From: Myxococcota bacterium
Lineage (GTDB): Bacteria; Myxococcota_A; UBA796; CAJQPC01
NCBI GenBank assembly: GCA_036012755.1
Contig: DASCPX010000193.1
Coordinates: 12,365 to 76,364 of the forward strand
DNA length: 64,000 bases
Reading direction: 5' to 3'
The notes under the pieces were generated by a model. It was given only the letters and a program-made list of their open reading frames with translations. It made no database searches and was not told where the DNA came from. A program made the translations under genes and the position numbers. Positions 16,502 through 24,772 of the stretch are shown in pieces; the first letter of the stretch is position 1, and every line of letters starts with the position of its first letter.

Positions 16502-18094
16502 ATGAGCCCGCCCGCCGCCGACAAGCGCTTGCTGCTGGCCGGGGCGGCCGCAGTCCTGGTGCTGGTCCTCTGGTCCGCTCGGGGCGTGCTCCTCGATCCC
16601 GCCGGGCTCATCCTGGGGGACCGCCCGGACACGATCCATCACGTGTGGGGCCAGTGGTGGATGGCTCAGTCGGGCGCCGAGGGAGGCCTCAGCACCTGGA
16701 CCAGCTACCCGAGCGGCGAGTACGGCTCGGTCCTCTGCCCCCTGGGGAACCTGCTCGTCCGCCCCGTCGAGTGGCTCGGCGGCGCCGTGCTCGCCTACAA
16801 CCTGCTGTCGGTGCTCTACCTGCTCTTCGACGCCCTCGCGGTGGGGCTCCTGGCCCGGCGGGTGGCCCGGAGCGACCTCGCCGGGGTCGTGGCGGCTCTC
16901 GCGATGGTCGTCGCCCGGCCCGTGATCGCACACGTCGCCCTCGGCAACACGGAGGGCGCCGCCATCGGCTGGGTGGCGCTGGTGGCCTGGGTCGGCCTCC
17001 CCTGGGCCCGCGGAGAGAACCGCCTCGGCGCCGTCGTCGGCCTGCTCTGCGGCGTCGCGGTAATCGAGAACCCCTACAGCCTCCCGATCCTCGCCATCGT
17101 GGCCCCGGCGCTGGCGCTGCGGCGGCTGGTCGCCGGCCCCGGTCGCTGGCGGCAGCTCGCCCTCGCGGCGGTCGCTGGTCCGATCCTCCCCGGCCTCCGG
17201 CTCTGGCAGGTCGGCGAGGGCCTCGGCGGCAACTTCATGCGCCACGCCGCGCCCTTCGACTGGCTGGGCTTCACGTGGACGGTCTGGGATCCGGACTGGA
17301 GCCTGGCCGGCTGGCAGCTCCTCTGGCCCTGGCCGCGCATGCAGTTCCCCGAGATGACGCTCGAGCTCTACGAAAACGGCGGCTTCGCCTTCGTCGGCCT
17401 GGTCGCCCTCTGCCTGGCCCTGGGCGGTGGTGTCCTCCAGTGGCGGAGGGCCCTGCCCTGGCTCGGGCTGGCGCTCCTCTTCTTCCTCCTGGGCCTGGGC
17501 TCGACGCCCCTCGGCGACTCGGGACCGCCCGGGCTCTTCCTGCTGGCGAACTCGGTGATCGTGCAGGTCCTGCCGGCCCTCACACAACCCCTGCGCTTCC
17601 TGGCCTTCGGGACCGGCGCGCTCGCGGTGGCCGCGGGGGTGGGCGCGGCCCGGCTGCCCTCGAGGCCGTGGGTCGCGCCCCTGTTGCTCGCGCTCCTGGT
17701 CGTCGAGGGCTTCACCCTCGGCGGCCCCTCGATCCGGATCCCCGTGATCGACACCCGCGGCACCGAGTGCCTGGCTGCGCTCGAGGGGCCGGTCCACACC
17801 CTGACGCCGACCGGACCCACGGCATCGGCCAACGGCGCCGCCCTGCTGCTTCAGCTCGTGCACGGCCAGCCCGGGACCCACGTGGGCGTAGGGGGGTGGA
17901 CCCGAGTCGACGAGGCGGACGCCCGCTCCCTCGAGGAGCGAGGCGTGCGCTGGGTCCTCGTGCCCGAGGAGGGGCTCGCCGCGACGACCTGCGGCGGCTG
18001 GAGCGCCCTTCCGCTGAGCGCCTGGACCCCCGAGCTGGAGCAGCGCTTCGCCCCGGGCCAAGGCCCCAGCCCGCAGCCCCGTCCGCTGCGCTGA
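16502..18094 (+). CDS. polytopic membrane protein, GT-C-like (paralog 3 of 3)
   Basis: 530 aa. First-loop motif LILGDRPDTIHHVWGQWWM. It is polytopic with a short soluble C-terminal region. It is divergent from the FGE pair with 29 bp between start codons. Confidence 0.65.
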   Translation: MSPPAADKRLLLAGAAAVLVLVLWSARGVLLDPAGLILGDRPDTIHHVWGQWWMAQSGAEGGLSTWTSYPSGEYGSVLCPLGNLLVRPVEWLGGAVLAYNLLSVLYLLFDALAVGLLARRVARSDLAGVVAALAMVVARPVIAHVALGNTEGAAIGWVALVAWVGLPWARGENRLGAVVGLLCGVAVIENPYSLPILAIVAPALALRRLVAGPGRWRQLALAAVAGPILPGLRLWQVGEGLGGNFMRHAAPFDWLGFTWTVWDPDWSLAGWQLLWPWPRMQFPEMTLELYENGGFAFVGLVALCLALGGGVLQWRRALPWLGLALLFFLLGLGSTPLGDSGPPGLFLLANSVIVQVLPALTQPLRFLAFGTGALAVAAGVGAARLPSRPWVAPLLLALLVVEGFTLGGPSIRIPVIDTRGTECLAALEGPVHTLTPTGPTASANGAALLLQLVHGQPGTHVGVGGWTRVDEADARSLEERGVRWVLVPEEGLAATTCGGWSALPLSAWTPELEQRFAPGQGPSPQPRPLR

Positions 18095-18142
18095 GGCCGC
18101 GAGAGAAAAAAGCGGCCGCGCCCATGACAGGCGCAGTAAACA

Positions 18143-19071
18143 GTGTGTATACATGCGCCGATGTTCGCCTCGATCCTAGCTTGTACACCGGCCCCAGAGG
18201 GCTACGACCTGTCCACCCAAGAGCTCGAAGAGGAGCTCGAAGAGGAGCTCGAAGAGGCCGACAGCGCCGAACCGCGGGACAGCGACCCACCGACCGACAC
18301 CGGAGAGGACGACCCGCAAGAGGACAGCGACCCGCCAGACCCAGAGGGCTGGATCGACGAGGTCGGCCTCTACATCAACCTCGGAGACTCGGTCGCGGCC
18401 GGCTACGCGCCGGCGGCGAGTACGGCTACGCCTGGCTGCTGGACGAGAACCGGGGCTGGTCGAGCTACGAGGGCCAGGACCTCTCCACGCGCTCCGCCGC
18501 CCAGGTGAAGCACATCGCCGACTCCGGAGCGACCAGCGCCGAGATCCTCGAGAACCTGCGCTCGGCCTCGCTCCCGAGCGTCTCAGGCGAGGTGGTCGTG
18601 ACCATCAGCGCCGGCGGCAACGACTTCAACGACGAGATCACCACGATGGTGTTCTCGGCCTACACCGAGGCCGCGGCAGCCGGGGTTCGAGAGAACCTCG
18701 CGGCGATGATCGACGAGCTCAGGGACCACTACCCGGAGGCCCGGATCTACGTGATGAACATCCAGGATCCGACTGGCGGAACCGGAACCGTACCCGCGGG
18801 CCTGGACGAGGGCTTCTGCAGCTTCGTCGACCAGTGGGGCGCCTACATCGGACCGACGGTGGTCGAGAACCTGGGCATCATGAACGCCGCGATCGCCGAG
18901 GAGACCGCCACCCAGGGAGCGGAGCTCGTGGACTACAACGACTGGTTCCTGGACCATGGCCTCAACACCAGCGACGGCTGGATGAGCGACGACTGCGCCC
19001 ATCCAACCGACGAAGGTCACCACGAGATCCGCCGGCTCATCTGGTCCAGCTGGACCGGGGATCTCTACTGA
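18143..19071 (+). pseudogene. SGNH/GDSL lipase-like lipoprotein, reading frame broken near 18407-18415
   Basis: Track ORF 18143..18508 supplies the lipoprotein signal, an acidic linker and block I (MFASILACTPAP...INLGDSVAAGYA). The rest lies in the frame of track ORF 16366..19071: GGEYGYAWLLDEN...TISAGGNDF...DDCAHPTDEGHHEI. Rejoining needs a 1-nt gain in gcgccggcggcgag. This could be a sequencing error rather than true decay. Confidence 0.7.
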
Positions 19072-19129
19072 TCACTCGCTGATGCGCATGATCATCGAGG
19101 CGCCGTCGGGGGCGGAGCCCACCGCGGAT

Positions 19130-21571
19130 CTACGGCGTCGTCGAGTACCCGGGGTCCGGATCGCAGGCGTCCGCTTCGGCCGTAGAAGCGTCGCTGCTGC
19201 CCTCTGCGTAGGTGTTGAGCTCGTTGTAGTCCAGCCGGATCCGACCGACCCCGCCGTCGCCGCCGAGGCGAGTGTGGGTGGTCTCTCCGTCGCCGCCCGC
19301 GGCGGACAGCGCGTCGGTGGCCAGGGTCATGGCGTCCGCGACCAGGAAGATCGAGCCCCCGGCCCCGCCGCCGGCGCCGTATGTCCAGGTGCCCTGAGCC
19401 GCGTTGTCGGTGGATCCGCCGTCAGCCAACAGCCCGTCCGCGTCGTCCACCTCGATCTCGAAGGCCGCGATGTAGACCATGCCCGCGCCGTCACCCCCCG
19501 GTCCGGGCGTGCCCCCGCTCGGCGTGGTGGTGCCTCGCCAGACGCCGCCGCCGCCAGAGCCGAAGAACAGGGTCGACAGATCCGCCGAGCCGTAGGTGTC
19601 CCCAGCGTATGGCGCCGTCGCCGAGCCGCCGGTCCAGGAGTCGCCGTCGGTAGCGCCCCCGGCGTACTCGCCGCCCGCACCGGTGATGTGGGCGCCGCCA
19701 CCGCCATAGTTGTTGATCCAGTGGCCGTAGCTCTCGTTGTAGGCGGAGCAGGCGCCGTCACCGTCACCGTCCCCTTCTCCAGCGTAGGACTCGCCCTGGT
19801 AGCTGTCGCAGTTGTACGAGGTCCCGGTCGCGCCAGCCTCGTAGCCGAGCTCGCTGACGGAGACGCTCGAGCCGCTCTCGACGCTGACGGTGCCGGTCGC
19901 GCGCAGGGCCAGGATGCCCCCTGACTCGCCGTCCCACGCGTCCACCGACAGACTCGACGAGCCCGTGATCGTGACGTCCGTGTAGTTCGGCACGCGCTGC
20001 ACCAAGACCGTCTGGTCGGTCAGATCGGCGTTGGATGACTCGCCGTAGGTGCTGGAGACCGCAGAGGTCAGGGTGATGGTCGTGGTGGTCACCGAGTCGA
20101 CCTCGCCGAACTCGTAGGCGCCGACGTTGGTGTAGGAGCTGTCGGAGCCGTGGAGGTTGATCAAGAGCACCTCGTCGCCCGCCGCGAGCCCGCTCAGGGT
20201 GCCGTCCACCGTCACGTCGGAGCCGCTGATGGCGCTCACCGGCCAGCTGACGATGTCGCCGGAGTCGTGCAGGTTCGTGTCGGATGAGACGCTCAGCGCC
20301 CCGTCGCTGCCGGAGCCGGTCCAGTGGGCGTCGTCCACGTCCCCGTCGCAGTCGTTGTCGACCCCGTCGTAGCGCTCGCGCGCGCCCGGGTAGGTGTCCG
20401 CGTCCGTGTCGTCACAGTCCGTGTCGTCCTCGACGAAGCCCCTCGGCTGGTCGCACTCGTCGTCGCTGACCGACGCGTTGCCGTAGCCGTCGCTGTCGGC
20501 GTCCTCGTACCAGGTCGTCACGTCCAGCGCCGAGTCCTCGTCCGTGTCCCCGTCACAGTCGTCGTCGATGCCGTTGCAGTACTCGTCGGCCCCGGGCCAG
20601 ACGTCCGCGTCGGTGTCGTCGCAGTCGTCCGTGTTGTCGACGTAGCCGCTGGGGGCGTCGCAGGCCTCTGCGCTGAAGCTGCCATCGCCGTAGCCGTCGC
20701 TGTCGTAGTCGATGTACCAGGTCTCCCCGTCGGTGAGCCCCGGGTCCTCGTCGTCGATCCAGTCGTTGCAGTCGTCGTCGATGTCGTTGCAGACCTCTGC
20801 CGCGTCCGGGTTCACCGCCGGATCGCCGTCGTCGCAGTCGGTGTCGTCGTCGACGTAGCCGCTGGGTGCGTCGCAGGCCTCGACGCTGTTCTCGGATCCA
20901 AAGCCGTCGCTGTCGCCGTCCTCGTACCAGGTGGAGAAGTCCACGGCGTCCTCGTCCGTGTCACCGTCGCAGTCGTCGTCGACGTCGTTGCAGACCTCTG
21001 TGCCGTCGGGGTTCACCGAGGCGGAGGTGTCGTCGCAGTCCCCGGTCCGCGCGCTGTAGCCCTCGGGCGGGTCACAGGCATCGAGGGTGGCCTCCCCACC
21101 CCAGCCGTCGTTGTCGCTGTCCTCGTACCAGAGCTCGGTGACGTCTTCGTCGACCTCGCCGTCGCAGTCGTTGTCGACCTCGTCGCAGCGCTCGGCGGCC
21201 TCTGGATAGGTGTTCGGGTCGAGGTCGTCGCAGTCGGCGCCGTTGTCGGCGGTCCCGGAAGGCTGCTCGCAGGAGCTCGAAGCGACTGAGGAGTCGCCGA
21301 AGCCGTCTTCGTCGGCGTCTCGGTACCAGGTTCCCGCGTCGGTGGCGTCGTCCTCGTCGATCTCCCCATCGCAGTCGTCGTCGATGTCGTTACAGAGCTC
21401 CTCGGCGTCCGGGAACACCGCCGGGTCCTGGTCGTCGCAGTCTTCGGTCTCGTCGAAGCCGTCTCCGTCGAGGTCGTCCGGGAGCGTCAGACCCGCGCTG
21501 TCGTGCACGACGGCGGTGTCGGCGATGTAGTCCTTGTTGCGGCAGCCAAGGGTTGCGAGGACCAAGAGCAT
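19130..21571 (-). CDS. lipoprotein with six MopE-type Cys-rich putative metal-binding repeats and a Gly-rich beta-helix-like C-terminal domain
   Basis: 813 aa. N-terminus MLLVLATLGC (lipobox). Repeats follow the pattern WY.D.D.DG(F/Y/W)G....C..P.G.....DCDD.D....P.A.E.CN..DDDCDG..DED. The C-terminal half is rich in GGGG/GxGG tracts. Confidence 0.85.
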   Translation of the reverse strand: MLLVLATLGCRNKDYIADTAVVHDSAGLTLPDDLDGDGFDETEDCDDQDPAVFPDAEELCNDIDDDCDGEIDEDDATDAGTWYRDADEDGFGDSSVASSSCEQPSGTADNGADCDDLDPNTYPEAAERCDEVDNDCDGEVDEDVTELWYEDSDNDGWGGEATLDACDPPEGYSARTGDCDDTSASVNPDGTEVCNDVDDDCDGDTDEDAVDFSTWYEDGDSDGFGSENSVEACDAPSGYVDDDTDCDDGDPAVNPDAAEVCNDIDDDCNDWIDDEDPGLTDGETWYIDYDSDGYGDGSFSAEACDAPSGYVDNTDDCDDTDADVWPGADEYCNGIDDDCDGDTDEDSALDVTTWYEDADSDGYGNASVSDDECDQPRGFVEDDTDCDDTDADTYPGARERYDGVDNDCDGDVDDAHWTGSGSDGALSVSSDTNLHDSGDIVSWPVSAISGSDVTVDGTLSGLAAGDEVLLINLHGSDSSYTNVGAYEFGEVDSVTTTTITLTSAVSSTYGESSNADLTDQTVLVQRVPNYTDVTITGSSSLSVDAWDGESGGILALRATGTVSVESGSSVSVSELGYEAGATGTSYNCDSYQGESYAGEGDGDGDGACSAYNESYGHWINNYGGGGAHITGAGGEYAGGATDGDSWTGGSATAPYAGDTYGSADLSTLFFGSGGGGVWRGTTTPSGGTPGPGGDGAGMVYIAAFEIEVDDADGLLADGGSTDNAAQGTWTYGAGGGAGGSIFLVADAMTLATDALSAAGGDGETTHTRLGGDGGVGRIRLDYNELNTYAEGSSDASTAEADACDPDPGYSTTP
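20329..21484 (-). repeat. six tandem coding repeats of about 180-195 nt (MopE-like Cys-rich modules)
   Basis: Repeat units were read from the translation (aa about 30-415). The first unit lacks the WY start. Confidence 0.75.
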
Positions 21572-21573
21572 GC

Positions 21574-21597
21574 GGATCTCCAGAGGGCAAGAGATCC
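21574..21597 (-). promoter_or_regulatory. 7-bp inverted repeat (GGATCTC-N10-GAGATCC) overlapping the Shine-Dalgarno of the MopE-repeat gene
   Basis: Minus-strand mRNA reads GGAUCUCuugcccucugGAGAUCCgcAUG. The GGAG lies 6 nt upstream of the AUG and sits in the 3' arm. The element lies in the 67-bp divergent intergenic region. Confidence 0.3.
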
Positions 21598-21638
21598 ACC
21601 TTAGACCCAGTCGGTGCCGAGAGACTTACACTCCGGCG

Positions 21639-23465
21639 ATGCCAGATCAGACAAAGGGAATCGACACCGCCATCGGGCGGGTCGGCGATGTGCTGTACTT
21701 CCTCGGGGTAGGGCTGTTTCCCTTCAGCCTCGGCTCGGTCGTCGGCTTCTATGCCGCGGACCAGGGCGTGCGCTGGCTGCCGGACACCATCGGCTGGGTG
21801 CTCGGGGGCTGCCTGTCGGCCCTGATGCTGATCATCGTCGGCCGCTGGCTACGAGGCCGGCTCTACACGATGACCGAGCACGGCCTCAAGCTCAGCCGGC
21901 GCCTGACCGTGGCCGTCGCGCTCTTCGCCGTCGGCCTGAGCGGCTGGCTGGTCGTCTTCTGGCTGGAGAAGCCCGCGCCCTTGACGGAGCTCCCGCGCAA
22001 GGACTTCGAGGCCGCCTGGGCGATCGACGCCCAGAACTACGAGGATCTGAACGCCAGCGCCGAGCTGCTGCTGGTGCGCCTGGAGATCTCCCCGATGTTC
22101 CAGGAGGGAGACCGGCTGCTGACCGCCGACGAGGAGGCCGAGCTCCTGGTCGCCTGGCGCTCGATGTACGACCTCTGCTTCGCGCTGGACCAGATCCGCG
22201 TCTTCTACGAGGACTGGTACCGCTTCGACCCCTCCCGAGCGGAGCGCAGCTACCACCTGCGCAGCTTCTTGCTGCTGCACCTGTCCGAGCTCGCCATCTA
22301 CGAGAAGTCCACCCGCTTCGCGACCCTGGTCACGCAGAACGCCGACGCCGAGAAGCTCCTGAACACCCCTCACCCCCAGCTCGGACTGCAAGAGGACAGC
22401 TTCTCCCTCTTCCGACAGCAGCTCCACTCCTCTGACGAGGCCGGACGACTGCTGGCGGCCCAGCGCTACCGCAGCTTCTTCGGCACGGCGATGGACGGCG
22501 AGAACGAGGCTCGCAGCTACGGCGCGGGCAACCTCTGGGCCGCGGTCGAGCAGCACCGCAGCGTGATCAACTCGGTGAACCCGCTGGAGCGCGGCGAGAC
22601 CTCTGTGCGCGGCGACCTGCAGCTCTTGAAGCGAGCCGTTCGCCACACCTGGTACCCGACACAGAAGACCGTCGCGGAGTGGTTCGGCGACACGCGGACC
22701 AGGCGCATCGGCTGGTACCTCATAGGCGAAGAAGATGTCGCCGAGATGGACCCGGCGCTCGAGCCTGGGGACATCCTGTTGTCGCGCAAGAACTGGTACC
22801 TCAGCAACATCGGCCTTCCCGGCTTCTGGCCGCATGGGCTCGTCTACATCGGCGACTCGGAGAAGTTCCAGGACTACTTCGACGAGCCAGAGGTCCGCGC
22901 CTGGCTCCTCGAGGAGACCGGCGAAGACCAGCGCCTGGATCAGTACCTCTCCGAGCGCTGGCCCCAGCACTGGAGCCGCTACGTGCTGGGCGACGACGGT
23001 CACCCGCACCGCGTCCTGGAGGCGATCAGCGAGGGCGTGGTCTTCAACACCCTGGAGCACGCCTCTGGCGACTACCTCGCCGCGATGCGCCCGCGGCTGG
23101 ACAAGGTGGCGAAGGCCCAGGCAATCGTCGAGGGCTTCGAGCACCTCGACAAGCCCTACGACTTCGACTTCGACTTCGCCACCGACCACGCGCTGGTCTG
23201 CACAGAGCTCGTCTGGCGCATGTACCGGCCCGCCGAGGGGAAGGAGGGGCTCGACTTCGACATCGTCGAGGTCGCCGGTCGGCGAACGCTCCCTGCGAAC
23301 GTGATGGTCGAGCAGTTCGCCCGGGAGAGGGGCACCGACGACCAGCAGCTCGACTTCATCTGGTTCTACGACGCGCGGGAGCGAGAGCAGGATGTCGTCG
23401 TCGCCGACGAAGAGGCCTTCGCGACATCCTGGGAGCGAGTCAAGTGGGACGTCGCCCAAGAGTAA
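21639..23465 (+). CDS. membrane-anchored YiiX/DUF830-like permuted papain-fold amidase
   Basis: Start ATG at 21639 inside track ORF 21534..23465. There are three N-terminal hydrophobic helices. The C-terminal blocks are GDILLSRKNWYLSN, PHGLVYIGD, LEAISEGVVFNTLE and TDHALVCTELVWRMY (candidate Cys nucleophile). The family call has medium confidence. Confidence 0.6.
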   Translation: MPDQTKGIDTAIGRVGDVLYFLGVGLFPFSLGSVVGFYAADQGVRWLPDTIGWVLGGCLSALMLIIVGRWLRGRLYTMTEHGLKLSRRLTVAVALFAVGLSGWLVVFWLEKPAPLTELPRKDFEAAWAIDAQNYEDLNASAELLLVRLEISPMFQEGDRLLTADEEAELLVAWRSMYDLCFALDQIRVFYEDWYRFDPSRAERSYHLRSFLLLHLSELAIYEKSTRFATLVTQNADAEKLLNTPHPQLGLQEDSFSLFRQQLHSSDEAGRLLAAQRYRSFFGTAMDGENEARSYGAGNLWAAVEQHRSVINSVNPLERGETSVRGDLQLLKRAVRHTWYPTQKTVAEWFGDTRTRRIGWYLIGEEDVAEMDPALEPGDILLSRKNWYLSNIGLPGFWPHGLVYIGDSEKFQDYFDEPEVRAWLLEETGEDQRLDQYLSERWPQHWSRYVLGDDGHPHRVLEAISEGVVFNTLEHASGDYLAAMRPRLDKVAKAQAIVEGFEHLDKPYDFDFDFATDHALVCTELVWRMYRPAEGKEGLDFDIVEVAGRRTLPANVMVEQFARERGTDDQQLDFIWFYDAREREQDVVVADEEAFATSWERVKWDVAQE

Positions 23466-23528
23466 GGCTTACAGGTCTTCAGTCTTCGGCTGGATGACAT
23501 CTCGTGGCATCCTGAGACAGTCTTCGGT

Positions 23529-23534
23529 AGGAGG
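23529..23534 (+). promoter_or_regulatory. consensus Shine-Dalgarno AGGAGG
   Basis: taAGGAGGtcaccATG with a 5-nt spacer to the ATG at 23540. This is the strongest RBS I saw in the window. Confidence 0.5.
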
Positions 23535-23539
23535 TCACC

Positions 23540-23941
23540 ATGCGTCTGAACCGTGTCGTCGCGCGCTACCGGTCTGGGGACCTCGTGAAGGGCATGACGA
23601 CGGACTTCGACCGCGCCGCCCTGCGTTTTCACGTAGAGCCGACCTGCAACGCGTACACCCAGACCGTCGTCGACGTGCGCATGCTGAAAGCGGTCTTCTT
23701 CGTCCGCGAGCTGGCGGGTGACCGCTACTACGACGAAGACAACGAGTTCGACGAGATGGGCCGCCCGGTCGGCACGATTCGCGTCACGGTGAGGTTCCGA
23801 GACGGCGAGATCCTGCGCGGCTACACCCACGAGAGAGAGCGCAGGGGCGAGGGCTTCTTCATGATCCCCAGCGATCCCTTCAGCAACAACCGGCGGATCT
23901 TCGTGGTCTACGGCGCGGTGGAGAACCTCTACTTCCAGTAG
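23540..23941 (+). CDS. small conserved hypothetical protein (133 aa)
   Basis: Clean codon bias and a strong SD. Sequence MRLNRVVARYRSGDLVKGMTTDF...KAVFFVRELAGD...GFFMIPSDPFSNNRRIFVVYGAV. I cannot name a family with confidence. Confidence 0.7.
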   Translation: MRLNRVVARYRSGDLVKGMTTDFDRAALRFHVEPTCNAYTQTVVDVRMLKAVFFVRELAGDRYYDEDNEFDEMGRPVGTIRVTVRFRDGEILRGYTHERERRGEGFFMIPSDPFSNNRRIFVVYGAVENLYFQ

Positions 23942-23996
23942 GCGAGTCCTCGTCCATGAACCTGTCGGACATCGAGACCGACCATGGGAGCCCCCA

Positions 23997-24752
23997 GTGG
24001 AGGTGATCCGCATCCCTGTCCTGCAGGACAACTACGTCTGGCTGATCCGCTCGGGCGAGGCGGTGGGCGTCGTCGACCCGCCCCTGCGCGAACCCGTGCT
24101 CGACGCGCTGGCCGAGCGCGGCTGGAGCCTGGACTGGATCATCACCACCCACCACCACTGGGATCACACGGGGGCGAACCTGGCCTTGAAGGAGGCGACC
24201 GGCTGCCGCGTCGTCGGCTCTGGACACGACCGGGACCGCATCCCGGGCATCGACGTGGAACTCCGGGACGCTGACCGCTGGAGCTTCGGGGACGACGAAG
24301 CCGAGGTGCTCTTCGTCCCCGGTCACACCAGGGGCCACGTCGCCTACTACTTCGCTGCGGCCGGGAGGCTGTTCTGCGGCGACACACTCTTCCTCGGCGG
24401 CTGCGGCAGGCTCTTCGAGGGCACGCCGGGGCAGATGTGGACCAGCCTCTCGAGGATCCGCGATCTACCAGGGGACACCTGGGTCCACTGCGCCCACGAG
24501 TACACGGCGTCCAACCTGCGCTTCGCGCTGACCATCGAGCCCGAGAACGCATCGCTGGTCGCGCGAGCCGAGGAGGTCCGGCGACTGCGTGAGGTTGGCG
24601 AGCCGACGGTGCCGGACCGCCTCGCGCGGGAGCTGGAGACCAACCCCTTCGTACGCGCCGACCACCCTGACGTCGCTGCGGCGGTGGGTCTGAGCCCATC
24701 CCAGCCTGCCGAGGTCCTTGGCGCAGTGCGGGCGCTCAAGGACAGCTTCTGA
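23997..24752 (+). CDS. gloB: hydroxyacylglutathione hydrolase (glyoxalase II)
   Basis: GTG start. Blocks: IPVLQDNYVWLI, ITTHHHWDHTG, VPGHTRGHVAYY, CGDTLFLGGCGRLFEGTPGQM, HCAHEYTASNLRFA, NPFVR. All match the GloB pattern. Confidence 0.9.
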   Translation: MEVIRIPVLQDNYVWLIRSGEAVGVVDPPLREPVLDALAERGWSLDWIITTHHHWDHTGANLALKEATGCRVVGSGHDRDRIPGIDVELRDADRWSFGDDEAEVLFVPGHTRGHVAYYFAAAGRLFCGDTLFLGGCGRLFEGTPGQMWTSLSRIRDLPGDTWVHCAHEYTASNLRFALTIEPENASLVARAEEVRRLREVGEPTVPDRLARELETNPFVRADHPDVAAAVGLSPSQPAEVLGAVRALKDSF

Positions 24753-24772
24753 TCCCGGGCCGCCACGCCGAG

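Noticed and set aside
18400-18420. Programmed -1/+1 ribosomal frameshift in the SGNH lipase.
   Set aside because: I could see no slippery heptamer and no downstream stimulatory structure. The site is a GC run typical of indel errors or mutations.
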